Assembly: GCA_963695095.1 (NCBI GenBank)
Contig: CAVOFT010000001.1
Coordinates: 2,688,001-2,752,000, forward strand
Origin: an uncultured bacterium
GTDB taxonomy: Bacteria > Krumholzibacteriota > Krumholzibacteriia > JACNKJ01
DNA: 64,000 bases
Direction: 5' to 3'
The translations under genes were made by a program, and so were the position numbers. The first letter of the stretch is position 1, and each line of letters starts with the position of its first letter. The notes below the pieces were generated by a model. The model was not told the origin of the DNA. It saw only the letters and a list, made by a program, of their open reading frames with translations, and searched no databases. Shown one piece after another: positions 7,594-17,068 of this stretch.

Positions 7594-9153
7594 ATGAATG
7601 CCAAGATCCACCTCGTCGAGCACAGCCGGCAGTCCTACAACTTCATGGTGGCCGCGGCCCGGAGTTGCTACTCGGCTCGCGGGCTCGTGACGCCTGAGCA
7701 GGTGGGAGCGGGCAGGCGGCAGGCTGTCCCCGCAGAGCGCTACGCGGCGCGGGACCGACTGGCCCTCAGCGTGTTCGAGGCCGGCCATCACACGACGCTG
7801 CAGCACGGACAGGTGCAATTCGCCCTGGAGGGCGTCAGCCGGCTCTTCATCTGGAGCTTCCTGCATTCGCATCCCTTCTACAACTCGGAGCAGGTGAGCC
7901 AGCGCTACGTGCCGGTGGCCCCCGAGCACTACTACCGGCCGGCGCTTGCCGGGTCCGCGCTCGCGATCTACCGGGAGCAGGCGGAGCGCGCGGCTGCGGC
8001 CTACCGGGCCCTGGCCGCCCTGCTCGAGCCGCGCTGCCGCGAGCTCTATCTCGAGCGCTTCCCTGCCCGCCGGCGCAGTCCACGCCTGGAGACGGATCCG
8101 ACCAAGCTCGCCCTCGAAGCGGCCCGCTACGTGTTGCCCTTGGCCACGACGGCCTACCTCTACCACACCGTGAGCGTGCTCACGCTCTTTCGCTACCAGC
8201 GCCTCGCCGAGCAGCGCGACGCCCCCGCCGAGACGCGCGCGGTGGTTGCGGCCATGGTGGCCGCGCTCCTCGCTGCCGAGCCCGAGTACGCGAAACTCCT
8301 GCAAGAGCCCCTGCCGCTTGCGGACACGCCGGAGGCCGGCTTCTTCGCCGCTCGCGAGGCGGCGCCCGGGGAGGCGGCGCGCTTCCGCGCGGCCTTCGAC
8401 GCCGACCTGGCCGGCCGTCCCAGTCGCCTCGTCGCCGCCAGCGAGCCCGCGGAAGCCTTGGTCGCCGACGCCGTGCGCGAGGTGCTGGGGCTGCCCGCCA
8501 GTGCACTCGCCGACGAGGAGGCCATCGCGCTCTGCCTCGACCCCACCCGCAATCGCCTCTGGGGTGAGACGCTCAACCTCGCCACGATGGACCGCCTCGC
8601 TCGACCCCTGCACCACGTGCACTACAGCTTTCGCCGCCGGATCAGCCACGCGGCCGACAGCCAGGACCAGCGCCACCGGATGACGCCGGCCAGCCGCCCC
8701 TCGCTGCTCAGCCAGGAGGACGGCCAGCCGGACTACATCACGCCCCGCCTCATCGAGCAGCTGCCCGCCGCCGAGCGCCTCTACCGGGAGACGATGGAAC
8801 GCACCTGGGACGCCGTCGCGCGCTTCCGCGCCGCCGGGGGCAGCGCCGAGGACGCCCTCTACCTGCTCCCCAACGCGAAGTGCCTCCGCTACACGGAGAG
8901 CGGCGACCTGCTCAACTTCCGCCACAAGGCGGCGATGCGCCTTTGCTACAACGCGCAGGAGGAGATCTGGCGGCTGACCTGGGAAGAGGCGCGTCAGGTC
9001 CGCGAGCGTCACCCCACCCTGGGCCGCTACCTCTTGCCGCCCTGTGGGCAGCGGCAGCTCGCCGGCAGTCACCCGCTCTGCCCCGAGGGCGAGCGCTACT
9101 GCGGCGTTCCGGTGTGGCGCCTGGCCTTCGCGGACTACGACCGGGTCCTCTGA
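7594..9153 (+). CDS. thyX: ThyX-like FAD-dependent thymidylate synthase with duplicated domain
   Basis: AARSCYS, GHHTTLQH, EGVSR, SEQVSQRYV and ARYVLP in the first half; QDQRHR, ALYLLPN and RLCYNAQEEI in the second. Confidence 0.8.
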   Translation: MNAKIHLVEHSRQSYNFMVAAARSCYSARGLVTPEQVGAGRRQAVPAERYAARDRLALSVFEAGHHTTLQHGQVQFALEGVSRLFIWSFLHSHPFYNSEQVSQRYVPVAPEHYYRPALAGSALAIYREQAERAAAAYRALAALLEPRCRELYLERFPARRRSPRLETDPTKLALEAARYVLPLATTAYLYHTVSVLTLFRYQRLAEQRDAPAETRAVVAAMVAALLAAEPEYAKLLQEPLPLADTPEAGFFAAREAAPGEAARFRAAFDADLAGRPSRLVAASEPAEALVADAVREVLGLPASALADEEAIALCLDPTRNRLWGETLNLATMDRLARPLHHVHYSFRRRISHAADSQDQRHRMTPASRPSLLSQEDGQPDYITPRLIEQLPAAERLYRETMERTWDAVARFRAAGGSAEDALYLLPNAKCLRYTESGDLLNFRHKAAMRLCYNAQEEIWRLTWEEARQVRERHPTLGRYLLPPCGQRQLAGSHPLCPEGERYCGVPVWRLAFADYDRVL

Positions 9154-10391
9154 GGCCGCGCCGGGCTCAGCGCCTCGGCGAGGAGCTCGGCGGGATGCTG
9201 CACCGCGACAGGACTGCCCGCGCGAGCGAGGGCCGCCTCCCACTGCAGGCGGCAGCCGGGGTTGGCACTCAGCAGCGTATCGGCCTCGGTGCCGGCGAGA
9301 TCCTCCAGCTTGCTGTCGATCATCGCCCGGGAGAGCAGCGGCTCGCGCAGGAAGTAGCTGCCGCCTGCGCCACAGCAGCGCTCCGCGTGCGGAAGCTCCA
9401 CCCGCTCCAGACCGGCCACAGCGTCGAGCAGCGCGCGCGGCCCGGCCGCGATCCCCTGCGCATGGACGGCGTGGCAGGCATCGTCGTAGCTGACGCGGCG
9501 CGGCGCCGGCAGACGCAGGGCGCCGAGCTCGGCGGGGCTCACGCACTCGCTCCAGTCCCGCACGCGAGCGCTGAAGCGGGCCGCGGGCTCAGCCCAGTCC
9601 GGGTCCTCGGCCAGCCAGTGGGCGTACTCCTTGAGCGCAGCTCCGCAGCCGGCCGATCCCGTCACGATCGGGACCTCGTCGCCCTCGGCCGCGCAGGCGG
9701 CGATGTTCCTGCGGGCCAGGCGCAGGGAGCCCTCGATGTCGCCCAGATGCCTGGCCAGGGCGCCGCAGCAGGTCCAGCCCGCGGGCAGGGCGTAGCCGCC
9801 GCCGGCATCCAGCAGGCGCAGCAGCGCCGCCTCCGTCGCCGGAAAGAGCAGGCCCTCGACGCAGCCCGGGAAGTAGAGCTGGGGGGCCGCAGGCCGCGGC
9901 GGCGGCGGGGCGGCCGGGCGCGGCAGGCGCCGCGGCAGCCAGGCCAGGCCGCGCAGGGCGCCGAGGCCCGGCAGGGGCGCGAGCCGCGCGAGCAGGCGCG
10001 GCAGACGGAGCCAGATGGCGATGCGCAGGGGCGCGCGCAGGCGGCGCAGGCGCTCCGGATGGGCGATGAAGACCTCCAGCGCCCAGCGCGAGACCAGCGA
10101 GAGCCCGCCGCGCCGCTCGCGCAGGCGGGCCTGCGCGCGGTCGAGCATGCCCGCGTAGGGCACGCCGGCCGGGCAGCGCGCCTGACAGGCCAGGCAGCCC
10201 ACGCAGTGATCGAGGTGGACCTCCCAGGACTCGCGTTCGGGCGAGGCCTGGGCGAGCAGTTCCATGAGACGAATGCGGCCGCGCGGCCCCTCGGCCTCCT
10301 CGCGTCCGATGTCGTAGGTGGGACAGACCTCCAGGCAGAGGCCGCAGTTCACGCATTCGAGCAGGTCGAAGGGCCGGCTGAACTCAGCCAA
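9135..10391 (-). CDS. glcF: Glycolate oxidase-type iron-sulfur subunit
   Basis: Two CxxCxxCxxxCP motifs, GPRGRI, CCG domains, SANPGC. Confidence 0.88.
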   Translation of the reverse strand: MAEFSRPFDLLECVNCGLCLEVCPTYDIGREEAEGPRGRIRLMELLAQASPERESWEVHLDHCVGCLACQARCPAGVPYAGMLDRAQARLRERRGGLSLVSRWALEVFIAHPERLRRLRAPLRIAIWLRLPRLLARLAPLPGLGALRGLAWLPRRLPRPAAPPPPRPAAPQLYFPGCVEGLLFPATEAALLRLLDAGGGYALPAGWTCCGALARHLGDIEGSLRLARRNIAACAAEGDEVPIVTGSAGCGAALKEYAHWLAEDPDWAEPAARFSARVRDWSECVSPAELGALRLPAPRRVSYDDACHAVHAQGIAAGPRALLDAVAGLERVELPHAERCCGAGGSYFLREPLLSRAMIDSKLEDLAGTEADTLLSANPGCRLQWEAALARAGSPVAVQHPAELLAEALSPARPQRTRS

Positions 10392-11586
10392 AGAGCCACC
10401 TCCCCGGCGCCAGGCGGGCCTCGGGGTCGAGAGCCCGGGCCACGCGCTCGAGGAAGGCGGAACCGACGAGCCCCTGGAAGCTGGCCTGCCCTTCGGCGCT
10501 GCGGGCCCCCAGCTCGGCGCGGCGCAGCAGCAGGCTGCCCGTGGCCAAGGGCTGTTGGCCCTCGCGGAAGTCGGACGAGGGCTCGCTGCGCAGGCGCCGG
10601 CCCGGAAAGTCCAGCGCCCAGCGCGGCCCGATCGCGGGCACCAGGGCCAGCAGGCGCTCGAGAGCGCCTCGGTACTCTCGAAGCGCCGGGCGCGGCTCGA
10701 GCAAACCGCTGCTGGGGAAATCGCGGATGGCGCGCAACCAGGGACCCTGGTCGATCCCCTCGCGCGCCGTGATCACCGGCAGGAGGCCCTCCTCGCCGAG
10801 GAGCGCGAGCAGCCGTCCTTCCTGCTCCTCGATGGCGGCGGCGCGACCTTCCAGGCCGAAGACGAGGTGCAGGGCCGGCTCGAGGCCCTCGAGCTCGAGC
10901 CCGGGGCCGAGCAGCAGCTGGCCGGCAGGGAAGTCGCAGCGCCGGAAGAGCAGGCGCCCGGCCGCCACTGCCCGTTCCGGGAGACGGTAGCCCAGGACGA
11001 GCAAACGGCGCGCCTCGGGCCGCGGCCGCGTGCGCAGGCGCAGACGCGTGAGAATCGCCAGGGCGCCGCGGCTGCCGGCCATGAGTCGGCAGAGATCGTA
11101 GGCGGTGACGTTCTTCATCACCCGCCCCCCGCCGACGAAGGGGCTCCCATCGCTGAGCAGGCCGGCGACCCCGAGCAGCCGGTCGCGGGGACTGCGCTGG
11201 CCCCCGCGCCAGGGCCAGGATTCGTCGCAGGCGACGACGCCGCCCACGCTGCGCTGTTCGGGATGCGAAACCTGCCAGTCGAGTTCACGGTCGTCGGCGG
11301 CGAGGGCGGCCTGCACGTCGATCCAGGGCGTGCCGGCCGCGACCTCCACGAAGAAGTCCGCGCGGGAGTGCTCGAGGACCCCCCGCAGGGAGGCCGTCGA
11401 CAGCAGCCACTGGGCGGGCCCCGGCAGGGGCGGCAGCTCCTCGAGCAGGCGGGCGCCCGTCGGGTAGAGCAGCTTGCCGCGGCCGGCGCGGTCTTCGAGC
11501 AGGCGAGCAAGCTCGTCCGCGGCCTCGGGGCGGAACAGCCGCGGCGCCTCCTCGCCCTCGCTGCTGCCGGCCCGCGTGGTCACCAC
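10384..11586 (-). CDS. glcE: Glycolate oxidase-type FAD-binding subunit
   Basis: SVGGVVA, RDRLLG, GGRVMKNVTAYDLCRLMAGSRGAL. Confidence 0.85.
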   Translation of the reverse strand: MVTTRAGSSEGEEAPRLFRPEAADELARLLEDRAGRGKLLYPTGARLLEELPPLPGPAQWLLSTASLRGVLEHSRADFFVEVAAGTPWIDVQAALAADDRELDWQVSHPEQRSVGGVVACDESWPWRGGQRSPRDRLLGVAGLLSDGSPFVGGGRVMKNVTAYDLCRLMAGSRGALAILTRLRLRTRPRPEARRLLVLGYRLPERAVAAGRLLFRRCDFPAGQLLLGPGLELEGLEPALHLVFGLEGRAAAIEEQEGRLLALLGEEGLLPVITAREGIDQGPWLRAIRDFPSSGLLEPRPALREYRGALERLLALVPAIGPRWALDFPGRRLRSEPSSDFREGQQPLATGSLLLRRAELGARSAEGQASFQGLVGSAFLERVARALDPEARLAPGRWLFG

Positions 11587-11609
11587 GCGCAGGGGATGGC
11601 CGCCGGGTT

Positions 11610-12995
11610 TCAGATCGGCGGGGGAAAGATCTTGCCCGGATTCAGGATGCCCCGCGGATCGAGGGCCTTCTTGAGCCGCAGGTGCGGCTCGCGGTCGGCG
11701 AGGCTCAGGGCGCGCGGCAGGTAGGCCGCCTTCTCGATGCCGATGCCGTGCTCCCCGCTCAGGGTGCCGCCCAGTTCGACGGCGAGATCGGCGAGGCCCT
11801 CGTTGAGCCGGTGCAGTCGGCTCAGCTGGGCCGGGTCCTCGCGATCGAAGCCGATGTTGGGGTGAAGATTGCCGTCGCCGGCGTGGAAGACGTTGGCCAC
11901 CGGCAGCTCGTGGGCGGCGGCGAGTTCGCCCACGCGGCGGATGGCCTCGGGCAGACGGCTGATCGGCACGCAGATGTCCTGCACGACGATGTCGCGGTAG
12001 AGCCGCCCCAGCGCGCCGAAGGCGCCCTTGCGGCCGCGCCAGAGCAGCTTGCGCTCGGTCGGATCCGTCGCCTCGCGCAGCCAGAGGGCGCCCTCGGCCG
12101 CCAGCAGGCTCGCCAGTTCCGCGCGCTCGGTGGCGACCTGGCCCGGCAGGCCGTCGAGTTCGACGAGCAGCACGGCCTCGGCCTCGGCCGGGTAGCCCGC
12201 GCGAAAGACCGAACCCTCGACGGCGCGCAGGGCCTCCCGGTCGAGGATCTCCAGGGCGGCGGGCCTGAGGCCCCGCTCGAGGATGCGGCTCACGACGGCG
12301 CAGGCCGCCTCCAGGCTGGCGTAGGGCGCGAGCAGCGTCGCCACGGCCTCCGGCAGCGGCGTGAGCGCGAGTTCCATGGCCGTCACCAGCGCGAGCGTGC
12401 CCTCGCTGCCCGTCAGCAGGCCGACGGCGTCCAGGGGGTCGCCGCCCGGCGATCCGCTCCCCAGGCGGTGCTGCGTGCCGCGATCATCGACGATCTCCAG
12501 ACCCAGCACGTGCTGCGTGGTGACGCCGATCTTGAAGCAATGGGGACCGCCCGCGTTCTCGGCGACGTTGCCGCCGAGAGTGGCCACGGTCTGGCTGCTG
12601 GGGTCCGGCGCAAAGCAGAGCCCGGCCGGAGCGAGCGCCTCCTGCAGCTCGCGGTTGACGAGACCGGGTTCCACCCAGGCGCGGCGCGAAGCGGCATCCC
12701 AGCTCAGGATGCGGCGCATGCGCGTGAAGGCGACGAGCAGGCCGCCCTCCAGGGGCACGGCGCCACCGGAGAGGCCGGTGCCGGCGCCGCGGGCGGTGAG
12801 CGGCAGCCCCTCTTCGGCGGCCAGCTTGACGATGGCCGCGCACTGCTCGGCGTTGCGCGGCAGCAGCACGAGGTCGGGCGCACGCCGATAGAGGCGCTGG
12901 CTGTCGCTCTCGTAGAGCGAGCGCAGGGCCGGCGACTCCAGCAGGTCCCCCGCCGCGAGCAGGCGCCGGAGTTCCCTGCGGACCCGCTCGATCAC
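11610..12995 (-). CDS. glcD: Glycolate oxidase-type FAD-linked subunit
   Basis: ARGAGTGLSGG, PDPSSQ..ATLGGNVAENAGGPHC.K.G, HAGDGNLHP, SGEHGIG. GTG 12995 overlaps the upstream stop. Confidence 0.92.
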   Translation of the reverse strand: MIERVRRELRRLLAAGDLLESPALRSLYESDSQRLYRRAPDLVLLPRNAEQCAAIVKLAAEEGLPLTARGAGTGLSGGAVPLEGGLLVAFTRMRRILSWDAASRRAWVEPGLVNRELQEALAPAGLCFAPDPSSQTVATLGGNVAENAGGPHCFKIGVTTQHVLGLEIVDDRGTQHRLGSGSPGGDPLDAVGLLTGSEGTLALVTAMELALTPLPEAVATLLAPYASLEAACAVVSRILERGLRPAALEILDREALRAVEGSVFRAGYPAEAEAVLLVELDGLPGQVATERAELASLLAAEGALWLREATDPTERKLLWRGRKGAFGALGRLYRDIVVQDICVPISRLPEAIRRVGELAAAHELPVANVFHAGDGNLHPNIGFDREDPAQLSRLHRLNEGLADLAVELGGTLSGEHGIGIEKAAYLPRALSLADREPHLRLKKALDPRGILNPGKIFPPPI

Positions 12996-14836
12996 GGCCT
13001 GTCGCCCCGCGTCGGATCGCAGAGGCTCACCCAGTCGCCGCTGAGCAGGCTGACGACGGGCCCGCCGGGCTCCAGGCGGCCGAGCGCGACCGGGGACTCG
13101 ATCTGGTCGAAGCCGGCGATGAGGGTCGCCGTCGTCCCCGACCAATCGAGGGCATAGCCCATCACGCGGGTCTGCCCGACCAGGCGCCCCCACCATTCGT
13201 CGCCGCCCGCGCTGAAGCGGCCGAGGCTCATGAATTCGGGCAGCGTGATGCTCGTCTGCGCGGCGAAGTCGCCGGCGTCGATGCGCTGCAGCGAGCTCGC
13301 GGCCACGTAGGCGAGCAAGAGGCCGCCGGCGCCGTCGAGCTGGAGGGCGATCGGGAAGCCGGGCAGATCGATGCTCTCGGCGAGGAAGGGCGAGCCCGTC
13401 AGGTCCACGCGCAGCAGGCGCAGGTTGCCGCCGGTCTCGGCGACGAAGAGCTGCTTGCCGTCGGGATCGGCGGCGAGCCGGCTGCCGGGGCTCAGGCTGC
13501 CCAGGAAGTCCAGGGTGTCCAGGGGCAGGAAGTTCAGGACGTCGTAGAGCACCGGAGCGCCGCCCGCGGCCGGCGCGAGGATGAGGCTGTCGCCCCCCAG
13601 CCAGGCGAGCGCGCCGGGCAGCAGCGCCGCGCTGCCCTCGCGCAGCAGCGCCAGCGGATCGCTGTCCAGGAGCTGCAGCGTGGCCTGCTGCCCGCCGGCG
13701 GCCGCGGCGGCCCAGAGGCGGCCGTCCGGCAGCGGCAGGATGACGGCGGGCGAGGCGCCGAGCGTGAGCGAATCCCGGGCGACGCCCTGGCCGTCGACGC
13801 TGAGCAGGCGCCCGCCGCTGTCATCGGCCAGCAGGAAGCGATCGCCGCCGGTCGGGAAGACCAGGCTTCTCTCCTCGGCATCGAGGCCGGCGAAGCGCTG
13901 CGCCGCGGCTCTGACATGGCAGAGCCCCAGCGGGCTCGTCGCCTGGCCCTGGCTGTCCAGCGTGTAGAGGCGATAGGTGTAGACCGCGTTGGCGGCCACG
14001 GCGAGGTCGGTGAAGAGCGTATCCGCCGGATCCGCGCTCGCGAAGACGAGCAGGTCGAGACTGTCGGCCGTGCTATCGCCCGTGTCACGGTAGAGGCGAT
14101 AGCCGGCGAAGTCCGCGTCCGCGTTCGCGGCCCAGCGCAGGGGGATCCGCGCGTAGTCGCCCGTGGGCTGGAAGCGCAGGCGCGAGGCCGCGGGCGGCGC
14201 GTCGATGGCGGCCGTCACCGTGAGCGCAGCGCTCAGATTGCCCGAGGGATCGATGCTGGCCAGCGTGTAGATGTAGTCGCGCTCCGGGGCGATGGCGATG
14301 TCCAGCCACGCGTTCACCGCGATGTCGAAGCGCTGCGCCTGCGGGTCGCCCGGGCTCTTGGTCACCCAGTAGCCGTCCAGGTCGCTGCTGTCGGCCGGGG
14401 CCGTCCAGACGAGGCGCAGGAACTCGCCCCCCACGCTCTGGACGCTGAAGCTCAGCGGCGCCGGCGGCGGCGTCACATCGAAGGGCAGCAGGGCGAAGCT
14501 CTGCTGCTCGTCCGCCTCGCCGAGTTCGACCCAGCGGCTCTCGGCGGCGAAGCCCGGCAGGCTGACGCGCAGGCTGTCGGCGCCGGTCGCCGTCGGGGCG
14601 AGGGTGTAGCTGCCGTCGGCGGCGCTGGTCGCGCTCAGCCCGCCCCAGCTCAGCGTGGCGCCGGCCAGCGGCACTTCCGGATTGAGGCGCTGGTAGATGG
14701 CGCCCTGCAGGCGCCCCGGGGCGACCTGCTCGGGCGGGGTGACCTTGCCGCTCTCGTCGCAGGCGCTGATCAGCGCGGCGAGAGCAAGCAGCGAGAGGGC
14801 AGCGGCGGACAGGATTCGGCGCGGCGGCGTGCTCAT
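12992..14836 (-). CDS. Large lipoprotein (carboxypeptidase-regulatory-like, FN3-like and beta-propeller-like regions)
   Basis: Lipobox LISAC, TSAADGSY, FN3-type W...GYWV / YTLASID.SGN repeats. Confidence 0.65.
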   Translation of the reverse strand: MSTPPRRILSAAALSLLALAALISACDESGKVTPPEQVAPGRLQGAIYQRLNPEVPLAGATLSWGGLSATSAADGSYTLAPTATGADSLRVSLPGFAAESRWVELGEADEQQSFALLPFDVTPPPAPLSFSVQSVGGEFLRLVWTAPADSSDLDGYWVTKSPGDPQAQRFDIAVNAWLDIAIAPERDYIYTLASIDPSGNLSAALTVTAAIDAPPAASRLRFQPTGDYARIPLRWAANADADFAGYRLYRDTGDSTADSLDLLVFASADPADTLFTDLAVAANAVYTYRLYTLDSQGQATSPLGLCHVRAAAQRFAGLDAEERSLVFPTGGDRFLLADDSGGRLLSVDGQGVARDSLTLGASPAVILPLPDGRLWAAAAAGGQQATLQLLDSDPLALLREGSAALLPGALAWLGGDSLILAPAAGGAPVLYDVLNFLPLDTLDFLGSLSPGSRLAADPDGKQLFVAETGGNLRLLRVDLTGSPFLAESIDLPGFPIALQLDGAGGLLLAYVAASSLQRIDAGDFAAQTSITLPEFMSLGRFSAGGDEWWGRLVGQTRVMGYALDWSGTTATLIAGFDQIESPVALGRLEPGGPVVSLLSGDWVSLCDPTRGDRP

Positions 14837-14970
14837 CGAGGCTCCCTGGCAGGGGGGAATACCCTGAGATAAGCGCATTGGGAGGCCCGGGTCAATCGGC
14901 CAGCCGCCGGCCTTGCCTGGCGGCGGCCTCGCCCCTATCCTGCACAGGTACCCCTGCCCGCGGAGAAGCC

Positions 14971-15843
14971 GTGAGTCCGCGACCCGCCCCCCTGCGCCGC
15001 CCCGACTGGCTGAAGGTCCGCCTGGACACGGGCGAGGACTATCGCGAACTCAAGCGCCTGATCGGCGAGCAGGCCCTCAACACGGTCTGCGAGGAGGCGC
15101 GCTGCCCCAACCTGCACGAGTGCTGGAACGCGCGCAGCGCCACCTTCATGATCCTGGGCGACACCTGCACGCGGCACTGCGGCTTCTGCAGCGTGGGCAA
15201 GGGGCGGCCGCTCGCGCCCGACGCCGACGAGCCGCGCCGCGTGGCCGAGGCCGTGCGCGCCATGGGCTGCCGCCACGCGGTGCTGACCAGCGTGGACCGC
15301 GACGACCTCGCCGACCTCGGCGCCGGCCACTGGGCGGCGACCCTGCGCGCGGTGCGCGCCGCGAGTCCGGGTCTCACGATTGAAACGCTGATTCCCGACT
15401 TCCAGGGCCGCCGCGATTGCCTGGCCACGGTGATGGCCGAGCGGCCCGAGGTGCTCAGCCACAACGTCGAAACCGTGCCCGAACGCTACAAGCCCGTGCG
15501 CCACGACTCGAGCTGGACGCGCTCGCTGGCCGTGCTCACGATGGCGAAGGAGTGGCAGGTAGATTACCGCGTGGGCATCAAGAGCGGGATGATGCTGGGC
15601 CTCGGCGAGACGCGCGAGCAGCTCATCGCGGCGATGGGCGGCCTGCTCGGCGCGGGCTGCGAGATCCTCACGCTGGGGCAGTACCTGTCGCCGACGCGGC
15701 ATCACCTGCCTGTGGAGCGCTTCGTGCCGCCCGACGAGTTCGCCGAGCTGAAGCTGATCGGCGAGGCGATGGGCTTCAAGCACGTCGAAGCCGGCCCCTT
15801 CGTGCGCTCGAGCTACATGGCGCACAAGCACGTTGGGCTCTGA
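14971..15843 (+). CDS. lipA: Lipoyl synthase
   Basis: CEEARCPNLHEC, CTRHCGFC and C-terminal VRSSY. Confidence 0.97.
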   Translation: MSPRPAPLRRPDWLKVRLDTGEDYRELKRLIGEQALNTVCEEARCPNLHECWNARSATFMILGDTCTRHCGFCSVGKGRPLAPDADEPRRVAEAVRAMGCRHAVLTSVDRDDLADLGAGHWAATLRAVRAASPGLTIETLIPDFQGRRDCLATVMAERPEVLSHNVETVPERYKPVRHDSSWTRSLAVLTMAKEWQVDYRVGIKSGMMLGLGETREQLIAAMGGLLGAGCEILTLGQYLSPTRHHLPVERFVPPDEFAELKLIGEAMGFKHVEAGPFVRSSYMAHKHVGL

Positions 15844-15890
15844 TCGGCCAGTGCCCGGCGCAGGCATACCTGTACCGCACGCCGTGGGCC

Positions 15891-16565
15891 TCACTCCTCC
15901 TGTGCCGCCTCCATTGCCGCCACCGAGCGGCGAAAGAGATCCAGGACTGTACCGCGGTATTCGTCGAGGTTCTCACGGCACTCTGGCGAGGAGAAGACGA
16001 AGACAGAAGACCAGTGCAGTAGTGGCGTATCGCCGAGACGAGGGTTGGTGTTCCGCATCATCAACCCCGCGATTTCGGCGCCGGGACGCAACAGCTGGAC
16101 TTTGAGTCGGGAGTCGAAGAATCTTGGAGAATCGGGAGTGCGGGCATCACTGACGACTTCTGCGATCTTTCCAGGAGACTCGCCGGACAGGACGGAAGCA
16201 ATGCGAATCCTCAGAACGGAGTAACTTGTATACCGGAGACGGGGGAGGTCTGTCTCGGGGTCGAAAAGCGATGGGAATCGCTCTTTCCAAATTGGGGCGA
16301 TCCCGAGGACGGTGCCCGTGAAGTACACATAGTCTCTATGGAAGTCAAAGCCCGGGTCCATGCGATATGGACCGGGGAGGTGCAAGGCGGCGATGGAATC
16401 GCCCGCGGTGGCAGAAGCGGGAAGGTCGAAGAAGTCGTGGTAGTAGAGAGACTCTGGGTCATCGGCGCGCGGTCCCTGGTTGGTCATCTGCGAGCCAGCA
16501 ACGGCCGACGGCGACAGAGCCATTACCCCGATTGCTACGACAAGTGCGGCACGATGCGTCACCAT
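15891..16565 (-). CDS. Hypothetical exported protein, atypical lower GC
   Basis: Signal-peptide-like N-terminus. Many A/T third positions relative to neighbours. Confidence 0.55.
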   Translation of the reverse strand: MVTHRAALVVAIGVMALSPSAVAGSQMTNQGPRADDPESLYYHDFFDLPASATAGDSIAALHLPGPYRMDPGFDFHRDYVYFTGTVLGIAPIWKERFPSLFDPETDLPRLRYTSYSVLRIRIASVLSGESPGKIAEVVSDARTPDSPRFFDSRLKVQLLRPGAEIAGLMMRNTNPRLGDTPLLHWSSVFVFSSPECRENLDEYRGTVLDLFRRSVAAMEAAQEE

Positions 16566-16635
16566 ATCCCCACTCCAGTACGGGAGTCCCAACCCCTGAC
16601 GGCGGGCCACGGCAAGTCTGTGGCCCAGCCGCAAG

Positions 16636-17001
16636 CTACCGCAGGCGCCAGAAGCTCCAGGCGAGCAGCAGCCAGCCGGCGAGGAAGGCCAGACCGCCCA
16701 GCGGCGTGATCGCCCCCAGCCAGCGCAGGCCGGAGAGCGCGAGCGCGTAGAGGCTGCCCGAGAAGACCAGGGTCCCCGCCACGAAGCACCAGCCCGCCGC
16801 GCGCGCGGCGGTCTGGCCGCCTGCGTGCAACGCCCAGGCCACGGCGATGAGCGCGAAGGCGTGGTAGAGCTGGTAGCGCACGCCGGTCTCGAAGATCGCC
16901 AGCATGTCGGGGGCGAGGCGGCTCTTCAGCCCGTGCGCGGCGAAGGCGCCGAGGGCGACGGCGATGAATCCCGAGAGCGCGCCGAGGACTGCGAAGATCA
17001 T
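16636..17001 (-). CDS. DUF423 (YgdD/TMEM256) membrane protein
   Basis: VALGAFAAHGL, FETGVRYQLYH, FSGSLY, GAITPLGG. Confidence 0.92.
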   Translation of the reverse strand: MIFAVLGALSGFIAVALGAFAAHGLKSRLAPDMLAIFETGVRYQLYHAFALIAVAWALHAGGQTAARAAGWCFVAGTLVFSGSLYALALSGLRWLGAITPLGGLAFLAGWLLLAWSFWRLR

Positions 17002-17068
17002 GGCCGCAAGATAGCAGAGCCGCCGGCCGCGCGCATCACCTGGCTGGCGCTTCGCGGGGCCGCGCCGA

